Assembly (NCBI RefSeq): GCF_006345805.1 | Contig: NC_043005.1 | Span: 53,568,001 to 53,632,000, forward strand | Length of the DNA: 64,000 nt | From: Octopus sinensis | Taxonomy: Eukaryota | Direction: 5' to 3' | Part shown: one piece after another, positions 12,530-27,165 of the stretch | Position numbering within the stretch: position 1 is the stretch's first letter | How the letters are laid out: every line of letters starts with the position of its first letter | Position numbers and translations under genes: made by a program | The notes under the pieces: model-generated | Seen by the model: only the letters and a program-made list of their open reading frames with translations | Databases searched by the model: none | What the model was told of the DNA's origin: nothing

Positions 12530-13645
12530 GTAAGTGACAGAAGTTCGAAGAATACTGATAATATCCTGCCAATTCATCTGGCTTTGCTCCGAGACAATAG
12601 AGCTTATGTGAAAATCCTCAATACTGCAATACAGATGTTGTGGCAAACATAATTTTGAACTGATCAAAATGAATCAGCAATCATGGACAAAAGTTCTTGA
12701 TAGCATTTTCGAGTAAATACGCCCGTATATTTGATAAGAACCCATTTATTAATCAATATAGATTGAATTTACTGCATGTAATAAAGAAGTAGGAAGATCT
12801 AAGTTTTCAAGGAAAAGGCAAGTAAAAGACGAATGCTAGGAAAATCACTGTAGAAATGAAGTACTGCTAGAAGATTCTGTGGCAAAATGCCAAAATATTA
12901 TTGCAATAAATATACAAAAACATGTATTCTGATTAAAGTAATACGTAGTTTGAAAGAAATATTGCAACATTATTTACTATTCTCATTCAATTTCTCTTGG
13001 GATATAATGCAAGGTGTAAAAGACTTACATTTTTTTTTTGTCATGTTCGCATTGATAGAAAAATATTGTCTTCTTTATGGAGATGGGAAATAGTAATATA
13101 TTAAGGTAAATTACTTTAGAGATAGAAACTCTAATTTGATTCCAACCAACTCCTTAAGTTTTCATTTATATATCTTAAGCTATACAGAGAGAACTGTTTT
13201 CAGAAAATTCAAAATGACTTATCAAGGGCGAGAAACAAAACTGTGATTAACTGAAAGCTGTATTCAATATGTTCCTTATTTACAAAAGTGGTAGAATGTA
13301 TTTCAAAATAAGCATTTCTAGACAGACCAAACTCCTGTTCCAGTATGTTTCTCAGTGTCATTTATTGAATAATATTCATACACAAACTATTCTAGGTACG
13401 TTTCAATATTTAATAACTTTCTTAATGTATTATTTCTAAGATAATTATTTCGGCCTGTATGCTTATACATATAAATAACAACAACAAGAAAAGGAAAAAG
13501 AAGAAGAAGAAGAAGAAGAACAACAACAACAACAACAACAAAAACAACAACAATAATAATAATAATGATAATAATATTTCCTTCTACTATAGGCACAAGA
13601 CCAGTGCTAAATAATGATAATGACGATGATGACGACGATGATGAT

Positions 13646-14038
13646 AGGTGTGTAGTACGAAGCTTGCTTCCCAACGGCATGGTTCTGGGTTCGGTCTCAC
13701 TGCGTGGCACTTTGGGCAAGTATCTTTTCCTCTTCCTTCCAGCCGACCAAAGCCTTATCAGTGGATTTGGTAGACGGAAAATGAAAGAAGCCCGTCGTAT
13801 ACACTCACACATACTACAGAAACGTTAGCACGCCAGGCGAAATGCGTAGCCGTATTTCGTCTGTCGTTACGTTGTGAGTTCAAATTCCGCCGAGGTCGAC
13901 TTTGCCTTTCATCCCTTCGGGGTCGATAAATAAAGTACCAGTTACGCACTGGGGTCGATTTAATCGACTTAATCCCTTTGTCCGTCCTTGTTTGTCCCCT
14001 CTATGTTTAGCCCCTTGTGGGCAATAAAGAAATATATA

Positions 14039-14069
<31 letters not shown>

Positions 14070-14310
14070 ATGCATGTGTGTGTACCCTTGTGTTTGAGTT
14101 TGTCCACAGCTTGAAAACCGGTGTTGGTGTGTGTGCATTCCCGTAACTTAGCGCTTTGGCAAAAGAGACCGTTAGAGTAAGTACCAGACTTATTCTAACT
14201 ATTTTTACTAGTAATTGACTCTAGTAAAAATCAATCACTAGAGTCGATTCATTCATTCGACTAAAACCTCAAGGTGATGTTCCAGCATGCCCACGTCTAA
14301 TGGCTGGAAA
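13646..14310 (+). mobile_element. SINE type B interrupted by a type A SINE
   Basis: Head at 13646-13810 and tail at 14035-14310 flank a different SINE. Confidence 0.85.
13817..14034 (+). mobile_element. tRNA-derived SINE type A, nested in type B
   Basis: CAGAAACGTTAGCACGCC..GAGTTCAAATTCCGCCGAGGTCGAC..GCAATAAAGAAATA, matches 29619-29848. Confidence 0.92.
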
Positions 14311-14808
14311 ATATCGTCGATCATTTACCACTGGAGTAAGAAACTGCATTCAAAGGAGGCTTATAAATACAGACCAGTACTTAACCTCCCTGAATATGAC
14401 GATGATGATGATGATGAAGATGATGATGATGATGATGATGATGATGACGACGACGACTACGACGACGACGATGATGATGATGATGATGAAGATGATGATA
14501 CACCACCGACTAAGGCAGCAGAAGTGCGAAACAAAAATCAAGCAGGAATGCTTGAAGGAAATATCAAGGTTGTGGAAAGAAAAAAAAACCCCATTTCAGG
14601 GGCGATACTCCAAACATGCTGGGAGGGGGGGAAGCTGAAGTAGATGTAAGAAGTTGCCATCAGTGACTGCAAGAGAGTCATAGAATATCAATGGTAGGCA
14701 TATCAAGCAGAAACACAAAAAAGGAACCATTGCCACTATCACCTTTGCTGCCGCTGCTGCTGCTACTACTGCTAGTACTGCTGCTGCTACAACTACTACT
14801 ACTGCTGA

Positions 14809-14865
<57 letters not shown>

Positions 14866-14984
14866 GAAAACAAGTTTGAATAGAAGAGTGACGTATTAAA
14901 TAACCCAACCCCGCAACCGCAGGGCATTGCTGTTGTTGTTGTCGTCATCATCATCATCATCGTCATTATTATTATTATTATTAT

Positions 14985-15218
14985 TCAGTAGTTTTATTTT
15001 TATAGCGTGCTTTCACTTCACTACCGAGCGCAGCTCTGTGTGCCTTGGGTATGTGCTGTGATTTGTTGTGATGCTCTGATGGTTATTGTATGGAAAGTGT
15101 TCTGCGTAGGATGTGTGCAGTGCCTAGTAGGGCAATTTTCTGTATGTTATATGTGTTTGTAAGTCCTGGTGTTTTTGTTATGTATTTGAATATTTTTTTA
15201 TCATGCCTAATGCACCTA
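14985..15218 (-). mobile_element. Dong/R4-type LINE 3' end
   Basis: NIQKIALLGTAHILRRTLSIQ* plus 3'UTR, (TAA)n on both sides. Confidence 0.8.
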
Positions 15219-15219
15219 C

Positions 15220-15265
<46 letters not shown>

Positions 15266-15975
15266 CATTATTATTATTATTATTATTATGATTATTATCA
15301 TTATTATTATAAAGACGATAAAACGTTTGAAATCTGTAATCGACGTAATCAACTTACCCTCGCCCCCGAAATCGCAGGTCAAACTTTGAAACTATTACTT
15401 TCATAAAAAGCGGCGAGCAGGCGGAATCGTTATGTACGCCAAAAACAAATAAAATGCTTAGTGTATTCCATCCAGCTTTACGTTCTGAGTTTAAATTCCA
15501 TGAAGGTCAGTTTTGCTTTTCATCCAATCTGCAATTCCAACACCATATCTGATTACCATTACTGATCTTGCATTTATTGTTTCAATGACGTATTTCAACT
15601 TAGTAATATTTTTCTCACTCTCCTTGTATACTCTCTGCAGGCAATTTGCTTCATCTCTTCATATTTTATTTCATCCGCCTCCAGTATTCCCAAATACTTA
15701 AATCACTTTCCTTTCTCAACTGCTTTCATTGTTTGCCCATTTGGTATTTCAATTACCTGTCTTCCTTCCAGTTTTCTCCTTTTCCTTATCAATATAGCGC
15801 ACTTTTCAATCCCAAGCTCTATATGCACATCATTTGAGAAACTGCGAACATTATGTACAAGTTTTATCTTGTTTTACATTAAGCTTCATGTCATCCATAA
15901 AAAGGAGATCATTTATCTGACTGTATCCTTTTCCAAAATCTTAGGCTATTTTACTTTCTCGTAATATGAAACTGT

Positions 15976-16355
15976 GGAGGCGCAATGGCCCAGTGGTTAT
16001 GGCAGCGGACTCGCGGTCGTAGGATCGCGGTTTCGATTCCAAGACCGGGCGTTGTGAGTGTTTATTGAGCGAAAACACCTGAAGCTCCACGAGGCTCCGG
16101 CAGGGATTGTGGTGATTCCTGCTGTACTCTTTCACCACAACTTTCTCTCACTCTGACTTCCTGTTTCTGTTGTACCTGTATTTCAAAGGGCCGGCCTTGT
16201 CCCTCTCTGTGTCACGCTGAATATCCCCGAGAACTACGTTAAGGGTACACGTGTCTGTGGAGTGCTCAGCCACTTACACGTTAATTTCACGAGCAGGCTG
16301 TTCTGTTGATCGGATCAACCTGAACCCTCGTCGTCGTAACCGACGGAGTGCTTCC
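15976..16355 (+). mobile_element. tRNA-like-head SINE type C
   Basis: GGCCCAGTGGTTATGGCAGCGGACTCGCGG..GGTTTCGATTCC A/B boxes; head shared with 45060; tail shared with 33060-33390. Confidence 0.88.
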
Positions 16356-16379
16356 AAGAATATGAAACTGAGCGATAAT

Positions 16380-17100
16380 GTGGCTAATACAAATAGTAAT
16401 AGAGATAAGCTATCACTTCGCAATGTTTTCTGATTTGTGATCCCTACTCATTATCCTTTTCCAAATGTCCCAGTCCTTTCCATGTCTCTTCCTCCAGTTT
16501 GGCTATTTTTATTTATTACCCATCTTTTCTTCATCAGTCATCCACATGTATCCTATTATGTCAGCTACAACATTAATAGCAGCTATGATTAGCCGGTTTG
16601 TTTCGCTAATGTTTTCTGTTCTAACAAAGCCAAGAAGGCCATTTACTTTGTCTGTGACTCTCCTTACTTTTCCTCTATCCATATACCTTACATTTGGTCG
16701 CACTTCATTGCACACAGCACACATTTTACTTCTCAGCATTTCTAGAATCTCTTCATCGTTCAACACTTGTGCAATATTTACTGTCCCTTGTCCAACTAGA
16801 TCACGTTCACTATTTACTTCGTCAGCAAAATCAGGCACATAGTGATTTCTTCTCTTTTCATCTTCTGCATCTCTTACTCCTTCATGACCACATTCTGCTA
16901 CTGTTGTTTCCCCCCACCCACTCAGTTTTATTCTTCACCTAACTTCTTCAACCACAAATCATGTAATCGAATCATTTATACGAATTGCTCTTGCCTGGTT
17001 TCTCAATCGTCGGGTGGAAGCTCTTTTTTTTATCCCATGTTCTCTTCATTTGTTTCATGAAATCTCTTTTAATTAACTCATTTCTCAGCAACATTCAATC
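16380..17100 (-). mobile_element. Dong/R4-type LINE N-terminal ORF fragment
   Basis: ORF 16509-16838 ..RYMDRGKVRRVTDKVN..ISETNRLIIAAINVV.. followed by PNWRR, typical of the pre-RT region of this clade. Confidence 0.65.
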
Positions 17101-17332
17101 AGAACCTTGTATACCTCGTATGTCACTTCGTTTTGAGTTCAAATTCCGCTGAGATCGACTTTGTCTTTCATCCTTTCGGGAACCATAAATGAAGTACCAG
17201 TGAAACACTGGAGTCGATGTAATCGACTAGCCCCCTCCCCAGAAAATTTAAGGGCTTGTGGCTATAGTAGAAAGAACGATTCTTCTTTTTCTTCTTCTTC
17301 TTCTTCTTCTTCTTCTTCTTCTTCTTCTTCTT

Positions 17333-17425
<93 letters not shown>

Positions 17426-17875
17426 TTACAACAAACGTAGTACATCTTCAGTTCTTGACCAATTAAAACATTCCATCTCATAGTAACATTTGAACTGTGT
17501 TGTGTTACTGATATTAGAGAAAGTTTACAGTAGAAAAAAAGCATTAACGTTTCTTAGCATTAACCATAACCTACAACCTTTGGATATTTCATAGATTCTA
17601 AGTACTTAATAATAAAATATCTTCCCTATGTCATGCATACACAATCAAGTTATCAATTATTCATGTTCCTCTTAAAATGTGGGTCTGGAGAAGAAGGAAA
17701 TGCAATTGAATATATGCTGCTCTTACCAAAGCTAACGAATCACGCACAAGAAATTGTGTTTTGTCTATGCTTCGGTGTGAATATATATTTATGTATATGT
17801 GTATGTGTGTATGTGTGGGTGTATTGTATGAATGTTTATATTTTTCTATATGCGTATGCCGTGAATTGCATGAGT

Positions 17876-18293
<418 letters not shown>

Positions 18294-18654
18294 AATGATT
18301 TTTTGCCAACCTAATGTGGCAGTCCCATTTTGGGGCGAATGCCACTGTTGTTTAGCCGCAGGAGACAGGGCAGGTTAGCACCACCACCCAGCACAAAGAA
18401 GTATCTATGGACCGTATGGTTTCAGGGTTATTTTCCTTCGTCACCACAGAATAACGGTCCACAGATACTGATTTATCTATTCTACATTTATAAAACGACT
18501 ACTTATTCTTCTTTTGTATTCTATTCAATTGCGGCATGCAGATGGGATATGTTAATTTCTTCAATGATAATATAAAAATACGTGATTTTTTAGGACTTTA
18601 ATTTCAAACGTGTAAAATATGCAGAAAGCAGGAAAGTATTAATGCAGTTAAATA

Positions 18655-19076
18655 TTTATTTCTTTATTGCCCACAGGGGGTCTAAACATAGAGGGGACAA
18701 ACAAGAACAGACACAGGCATTAGGTTAGTTACATCGACCCCAGTGCGTAACTGGTACTTTATTTATGGACCCCGAAAAGGATGATAGGTAAAGCCGACCT
18801 CGGAGGAATTTGAACTCAGAACGTAACGGCGGATTAAATACCTATTTCTTTACAACCCACAAGGATCTAAACACAGAGGAGACTAACAAGGACAGCCAAA
18901 CGGATTAAGTCGATTATATCGACTCCAGTGCGCAACTGGTACTTAATTTATCGACCCCGAAAGGATAAAAGGCAAAGTCGACCCTCGATGGAATTTGAAC
19001 TCAGAACGTAGCGGCAGACGAAATACCGCTAAGCATTTCGCCCGGCGTGCTAACGTTTCTGCCAGCTGGCCGCCTT
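18655..19076 (-). mobile_element. SINE type A dimer (full unit plus head-less unit) with 13-bp TSD
   Basis: ATGCAGTTAAATA at 18642-18654 and 19077-19089 flanks both units. Confidence 0.92.
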
Positions 19077-19854
19077 ATGCAGTTAAATAATAATGAATAA
19101 CTGTATAGGATTTTTCTGTTTATTTAATTTTTCCCTTTCTCAAGAATAATATTTTAGATTGCGATTAATTTTTTTCGTGGAATGTAGCAATAAGTGGAAT
19201 GTCGCAATATGATGATTATTTCCCGAAAGATCATTTTAACATTGACATATCTTTTGAGAATTTATTGTTAATGGTTTTATCTGGACGGAAAGAACTATAC
19301 CCATGTTTTTTTTTTATATTTTTGTTTTTGCAGGCCGAGACCTGTTTTTTCATATTTTTTACTTGCTTGTTTTGTGTGGAAGAACTGGCAATGTTCGTGA
19401 AATTTGCAGGCCCTACAAGTCCATCGAACTTGATGCCATTAATGTTCAGTTTCAAAAGTGACAGGTGTTTAAATAAAAAAGAAAAAAAAACGTGAGCAGT
19501 GAGAAAATTCCAGAAGGCTAAAAGATTTTGAGAGGAAAGGTTTAGACATAGTGCTTAATTCAGGGCGAGGAAGGAGCGGAAAGCAACATTGATGACGTGA
19601 GATGAATACAGACTATTTAGGTTGGAGCAGTAGAGGACGTATAAGACCAGCCAACTAGGAGTATTAGGTGTTGTTAATGAGAAAACTCAGTGAATTGCTC
19701 GAAAGACAATTTATATATGTCTAGACAATATTACTCTGATCATGCCAATATTCAGCGTAAAATTATAAAGTAACATAAAAGAAATTTATACCTCCATAAA
19801 TGTTTCTGTAATGTGTCTATAATTTAAACAGTACAATAATAATTATTATTATTG

Positions 19855-20262
19855 TAATGGCAGAAACGTTAGCACGCTGGACGAAATGCTTAGCAGTATT
19901 TCGTCTGTCTTTACGTTCTGAGTTCAAATTCCGCTAAGGTCGACTTTGCCTTTCATCCATCCGGGGTCGATTAAATAAGTAACAGTTACGCACTGGGATC
20001 GATATAATCGAATTAATCCGCTTGTCAGTCCTTGTTTATCCCCTCTGTGTGTAGCCCCTTGTGGGCAGTAAAGAAATAAGAAATGTTTGCACGCTGGGCG
20101 AAACGTTTGGCAGTGTTTCGTCTGTTTTACGTTCTCAGTTCAAATTCCGCAGAGGTCGGCTGAACTTTATATCCTTTCGGGGTCGATAAATTACTGGGAT
20201 CGATTTGATCGTCTGGCCCCCTCCCCTAAAATTTCGGGCTTTGTGCCTAGAGCTGAAAAGAA
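19855..20262 (+). mobile_element. SINE type A tandem copy
   Basis: Two consecutive GTTCAAATTCCGC bodies. Confidence 0.85.
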
Positions 20263-20504
20263 TAATCATAATGAAGGTTTCAGAACAGTTTCATGTTTTA
20301 CAAACTATGAATAATGAAGGTATTAATAATAATGATGATAATCATTTCTACTGGAGGTACAAGGCCTCAGATTTGGGAGAAGGGGACTAGTCGATTACAT
20401 CGACCCCAGTGTTTCACTAGTACTTAATTTATTGACCCCGAAAGGATGAAAGAGAAATTCGACCCCGGTGGAATTTCAACCCAGAACGTAGCGACGGATG
20501 GCTC

Positions 20505-21030
20505 TCATCGTTTCTGATCTTAACTGATTGGAAGTGTTATCATGTACATTGTTTTGTCTTGGTATAAAAGATGGGCTACAGCAAATATTCTGCTCAATAC
20601 CACAGGTTTGCTTGTCAGTTGTTTGACCATAACCAGTTGACCATGTCCCTTAGTGGCTGACGATATGTGAATCTCTGATAACGAGCAGAAGTAGTGGGGG
20701 TGCATCATAGCCGTGTGTTGAAAGGAATTCTTAGAGGTTTGGATAATTAACCTTTGGAAACATGGGTGGTTCGTTCAACATCCTTAAACAATCCTTATTC
20801 ATGAACCTTTTGAGTGGGATGGGCTACTCGATCAGAAGAAAATTCTAACTAGGCCCCACCTGCAAGGTCATGCACTGTTTATCTTGATATGAGATCACCA
20901 TGTCGCGCACATATGGTTGTGATGCATGTGCTTGGTGTACCTTTATCAGACGGGTAGTCATGATGGGTATACTGGGCTTCGTATATTTTACCCCAGTGTC
21001 ACTTTGATGGCATGCACTGCTCTCTCACTC
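20505..21030 (+). mobile_element. Retroposon 3' region ending in an (AAT)n tail, family unassigned
   Basis: Non-coding GC-richer block ending GCACTGCTCTCTCACTC-(AAT)n. Confidence 0.5.
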
Positions 21031-21422
<392 letters not shown>

Positions 21423-21462
21423 AATAATAATAATAATAATAACAATAATAATCATAATGATG

Positions 21463-21532
<70 letters not shown>

Positions 21533-21659
21533 GGTGTCTCGGCAAGTGACTGTAACAAACATGCAGATTAAAAGTAAAGATGACAATAATGACAATAATG
21601 ATAATAATAATGATATTGCTGATGTTGCTGCTGCTGCTGATGATGATGATGATTGTGAT

Positions 21660-22015
21660 GATAAAAGTACAAACTCCTAAAAGTCGAAATTCCAAGAATG
21701 TGTCCTATGAGGAGACTGCCTGTCATTCCAGTAGCTGTAGGGGCGCTGGGGGCATTAACAACTAAGTTTGAGAAATACGTCAGAGAAATCGGAATTGATA
21801 TGAGAGCAGAGCAAGCCTAAGGAATTGCGCTGCTGGGGACAGCTAGGATTTTGAGATTGGTACTTGGCGGTTGAATGTCTCTCACGATTATTAACAACCA
21901 AGTATCAAAGCTTATAATGTGCTGAAAGAGACCCTTTGAGATCTCTGACAGCAGGCTGCTGTCCGCTCTCATAGAATCAACCAAAGCAAACAAGATCGAG
22001 CGCTCTGAGAAGTAA
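21660..22015 (+). mobile_element. Dong/R4-type LINE 3' end, second subfamily
   Basis: KYKLLKVEIPRM..VIPVAVGALG..ALLGTARILRLVL; different 3'UTR; AAC/AAT tail. Confidence 0.8.
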
Positions 22016-22069
22016 AACAACAACAACAACAATAATAATAATAATAATGATAGTAATAACAACAACAAC

Positions 22070-23712
22070 ATGGATCAGCTACACCGGGCTCTCCATACAA
22101 AAACAAATCTAATCGATTAACATCGGTGGAATGGAATAAAAGAACCTGTGGATGACTTGAAGGAAGCGGCCTTTTAGCAAGAATAATCACGAAAAGAAAA
22201 TTTTACTGCCATACAAAACACAGTTTCTCCCATGCACGATGCCTCAGTGAAACCTGTACGAAAGACAAATGCAAAATCAACATCGGAATGTTTACAAATT
22301 GTAAAATATAGGTGGAACAAAACAGTAAGTACGTCAATTGATTAATTACGCATACACTCGAATGTCTATACAATCATAAATACATTTTAATCCCAATGTT
22401 TACACAACAACGTGAAATTTACAGGACACACATACACGCATGTGAAAGCTAGTGCCATAAACGATGCAAAACATAACAAAACAATTTTTTTCGAACTAAT
22501 ATAGGACAGAAGGAACAATTCATAAGTTTAAAAACACCACAAAAAAACTATGCCCGGAGATAAATCTGTCGACAAAAAATGCAAGACAAATACAGATCTG
22601 TTAGCCTTAAGAAGCTATGTTACCAGCAATGTTTTCATTCAGAGAACTCGGAGTCGGTGCTGTCTCAAAATGTTAACCTTAAACAGACAGATCCGTCCTC
22701 TTATGTCAACGTCCAAACTAGTCATGCCTCAATGATAACAAAGTAAAATACACACCGAATCAGCCATCATCAGGATGAAAAAAGGGCCGCGCACCCCTGT
22801 GAGGAACCAGGGTGGGTACGAAAAATCAGCTACTGGTTCAAAGCTTTCCAAAACACAGGAGCTGGGATTACCCAACGACTGGAATATTCCAGCAGATGGC
22901 CATCCACGCTTGTGGGCAGAAGAAAAACACACACAATAAAAATGTCCCTTCGACTGATAGAATATCTACTGACTTGGACTCCTTAGAAGAGCAAAAGTGG
23001 GAGGATATCAAGGTAGAGGATGTATGATAAGCTCTCGGAAAGTCAAGCAAATAGAATGCCTAACTTCTGGTTGAATGCCTCACGAGAGAGTCATGAACTG
23101 ATAACAAAACGTTACAACAATGTTTTGCAACCTTCAAGGAGCTACCAGTTTAACATATTAAAAGACGGTTGTAGCACAACATATCGTGTATGTAAACAAC
23201 AAAATGAAACTATTGATCACGTTGTCTCCATGTGCAGTCTTCTTGCACTTATAGAGTATCTCAACAGCCATGCTAGAGCAACACAATATATTCACTGGAT
23301 AATTTTAAAAAACCTGGACCTACCCTCGACCTATGTTGAAATAGCAATTGGCAAAATGTGGAACATCATGATTAAACAATACCTGTTGAAATAGGTGCCC
23401 TAGTAATGTTAGCGAAAGGGGCTGTCTTCTACTTTACTCAGATACCAGAAAACCCCAAAATGGCAGAAATTCAAAAGAATGCTCATGGGAACTGCTCTTA
23501 TCCTACGTAAAATAATGTCTATGTAATCTCAAATTTTAAAACAAACTCATAATTTTATGCTTTCTTAAACATTCTCTAGAACAATGCCTTGTGCAAAACC
23601 AAATATTTGGCACCCTAGGCATATCACCAACTTGAACATTTAATTTGTCCCTTGAGGCCTCTGGGTGAGACTTGGAGTCAACTTATACAAATACAAAGCA
23701 AAAGTGAAACAT
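22070..23712 (+). mobile_element. Internally deleted Dong/R4-type LINE
   Basis: Putative 5' ORF remnants, PNFWLN start of RT region, jump to the knuckle (ETIDHVVSMC), RLE end and 3'UTR matching 1-720, (AAT)n tail. Confidence 0.8.
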
Positions 23713-24161
<449 letters not shown>

Positions 24162-24679
24162 TAGTGTCTGAGGTGCTTGTTGTGACTTGACAAACAGTAC
24201 AAACCTCCTGTAGTCACATTATTGTCAATCAATAACCTCATGATATAGTATACCGTGCGACGTCTCTAGCAACAAAAATAATGATAATCTTTTCAACTCT
24301 AGGCACAAGGCCCGAAATTTTGGGGAAGGGGGCCAGTTGATTACATCGACCACAGTACGCAACTGGTACTTAATTTATAGACCACCGAAAGGACGAACGG
24401 CAAAGTCGATCTCGGCGGAATTTGAACTAAGAACCTAAAGATAGACGAAATATGCTAAGCACTTCGCCCGGCTTACAAACGTTTCTGCCAGAGAACACTA
24501 AAAATGAACCCGACTGCTCTCAAAAATAAAAAAATAAAACAGGAAAAATAATCCAGAATCCTTGTCCGGTACCAGATCGATCACCAAATTTAATCAGTTC
24601 GTGCCAGCCTCTAACCTAAACATCCCTGAAAGTTTCATCCGAATCTATCCAGCGGTTCTTGAGATATCTTGTCCAAGGA

Positions 24680-26185
24680 GTGGTGATGTTCCGGAGTGAA
24701 TTGTAGAGGAAACGACAACATTGTTCATGAAAGATTGGTCAAAGGGCAATGAGGTTGGCAATTACCGACCTATTACTTGTCTTAACCTCTTATGGAAAGT
24801 GTTAACAGGCATCCTCGCAGGGGAAAATATACATGTTTCTTGCAGAAAATAATGTACTACCATTAGAACAAAAGGGATGCCGAAAAGGATCCAAGGGCAT
24901 CAAGGACCACCTTGTGATAGACAATGTTGTAATGAAGAATTGCAAACGGTACCAAAACAATTTATGCATGGCCTGGATAGACTTTAAAAAAGCTTACGAC
25001 ATGTTGCCGCCTTTGTGGATTTTGGAAACACTCGATATGTGTGGAATAGCTGAGATCGTGTGTATACGGATTAAGAAAAGCATGCCTAGTTGGAAAACAC
25101 GTCTTTTTCTATAACAACCAGCATTTAGCCGAGGTAAATATCAAAAGAGGTATCTTCCAAGGAGACTTTTGTTCACCTTTGTTATTAGTTATAGCCTTGA
25201 TCCCACTTATTGTAGTCCTACGCAAAGTCAACGCGCTCGATGAACTGAAAAAGAATGGATCTCGTTTCAACCACCTTCGCTTCCTGGATGATTTAATACT
25301 GTTAGCACAAACAAAGCTTGAAATAGAGAGGCTGGCTGACACCGGGATGGAATTCGGTATCTCAAAAGGTGCGGTGCTCAGTTTGAAACGGAGAAAAAGA
25401 GCAGATTGTAGGGGCATAGAATTGCCAAACGGATAGAGAACGGAAGACTCGGATGATAATATGTTCAAGTACCTTGGGATCCGGGAGCTGGACAATATCT
25501 TGCACAGAGAAATGAAAGACAAGGTCATCACAGCATATTTGAAGCGCCTCAAACTTCTCTGAAACTAAAACTGAATTCAAGGAACTTTGTGAATGCCATC
25601 AACATATGGGCTGTTGCTGTAGTCCGCTATAGTGCACTCATCATGAAAAGGACACAAGCGGAGATTAACCAACTCGATCGCACTACCCGAAAGACAATGA
25701 CAATGCATGGTGCCCTTCACCCTAAGGCGAACGTACACCGGCTCTACATGAGGAGAGGTAAGGGTGGACGTGGGCTGATTAGCGTACGGGAGTGCATCAA
25801 GAAACAACAGAATATTTGGTAAACTGCAAACAAGACCTGCTACAGTATGCTGCTAATGCAGAAGGATTTATCAAAAATGGACTTGGAGACCTGAGAATTA
25901 AGATCGCCAATATGTGGCAGCGACGAGAGTCAAACATAAAGGCTGTGCCTATTGTCATTGCAGCATTGGGTTCAATGCCACCCAACCTGAAAACACATCT
26001 TGAGATACCCTACAATTTAAGTGTATTGCAAACATCGGCATTACTTGGAACTGTGCGCATATGGCATAAAGTACTGTCTGTCCGAGGTCCTTGTTGTGAC
26101 TTGACAGACAGTACAAACACCCGGTAGACACAATATCTTCAATGAACAACATTACGATATTGGATGCTGTGCAACATCTTAAATG
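24680..26185 (+). mobile_element. Dong/R4-type LINE reverse transcriptase to 3' end, degenerate
   Basis: EQKGCRKG, AWIDFKKAYD, RGIFQGD, HLRFLDDL, KYLGI, RLYMRRGKGGRGL, VPIVIAALG; (TAA)n tail; short extra 3' end at 24165-24290. Confidence 0.93.
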
Positions 26186-26590
26186 ATAATAATAATAATT
26201 TATGATATTGGGGGTGAAATGTCTCTGTGGAAAGATCTGTTGACTCTAGGGCTCAACCAATACATATTTTATCGACCGCGAAAGGAGGAAAAGCAAGTTC
26301 GACCTCGACAGAATTTGATCTCAGAAGGTAAAGACAGGCGAAATGCCGCTAAGCATTTTGCCCTGCGGTAACGATTCTGTCAGCTCATCGCTTTAATAGC
26401 AACAACAACAACAACAACAACAACGATTATAGCAAGGCAACTGAAACCAAAGAAATGGAATTATTCAATAATTATATTTTGCTTACATTAGCCTACCACA
26501 CCTCCAATGACACATTAAAACCGCTTGGTGACAATTTGAGACATTAATCCAGCTTAGAAAGGCCAGACAAGTTTTCCATTTAATCTACAG

Positions 26591-26670
26591 AAGATATTAA
26601 TAAAAACTGTGTTGCTGATGTTTGCTTATTAGAAGAAGAAAACTCAGTTGTTGAAAGGTTCACTAAATGA
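26591..26670 (+). CDS. Candidate exon xDINKNCVADVCLLEEENSVVERFTK*
   Basis: Acceptor GTTTTCCATTTAATCTACAG|, AT3-rich open frame; no partner exon identified. Confidence 0.25.
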
Positions 26671-26964
26671 AAAGTTTATCATGTTATGTATACATTACAT
26701 TATACTACATAATTTAAATATAATCCATTTTGTGGATGTCAATGTAATCGATGTTATGTGATGTAAAACTTTTGTTGGGGTTAAAACATTATTTGGAAAT
26801 ACTGTTAGCGGCTACTGGAATGTGGTTTCAATTCTATTATGAGTGTCTTCTGAATATGTCGACTCTAGTACTTGACTGGCATTGATTTTATTGTCCCGTC
26901 AGAAGTCGACCTCGATGAGATTGGAACTCGGAATTCAAAGCGCAAAGGACCTCAAGTAAACCGC

Positions 26965-27165
26965 TAAGCATCCAGCCCAAATATTTTAAATTTTTATGTT
27001 AAAACTGACCAGACCCAACCTCTCATACCTAAGCTCCAATGTCATTCTAAAAGTATAGAAACACACCATGGCAACCTTGAAGATACAAGATGAGTGATTA
27101 ATTCAAAACAAAATGAATAAACAAGCAGTACATTTGATAAAGCATTCTGAATGCTAAAGGGTTAA
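26965..27165 (+). mobile_element. piggyBac-like MITE remnant (one end)
   Basis: Ends TGCTAAAGGG-TTAA; the other TIR is not found. Confidence 0.4.

Noticed and set aside
12521-12650. Ankyrin-like reading LPIHLALLRDNRAYVKIL
   Set aside because: Bounded by stops, with no usable acceptor and only one repeat; likely chance
15976-16050. tRNA-Arg-like sequence, also at 45060 and other SINE heads
   Set aside because: Continues into SINE body and the acceptor stem is incomplete; not a tRNA gene
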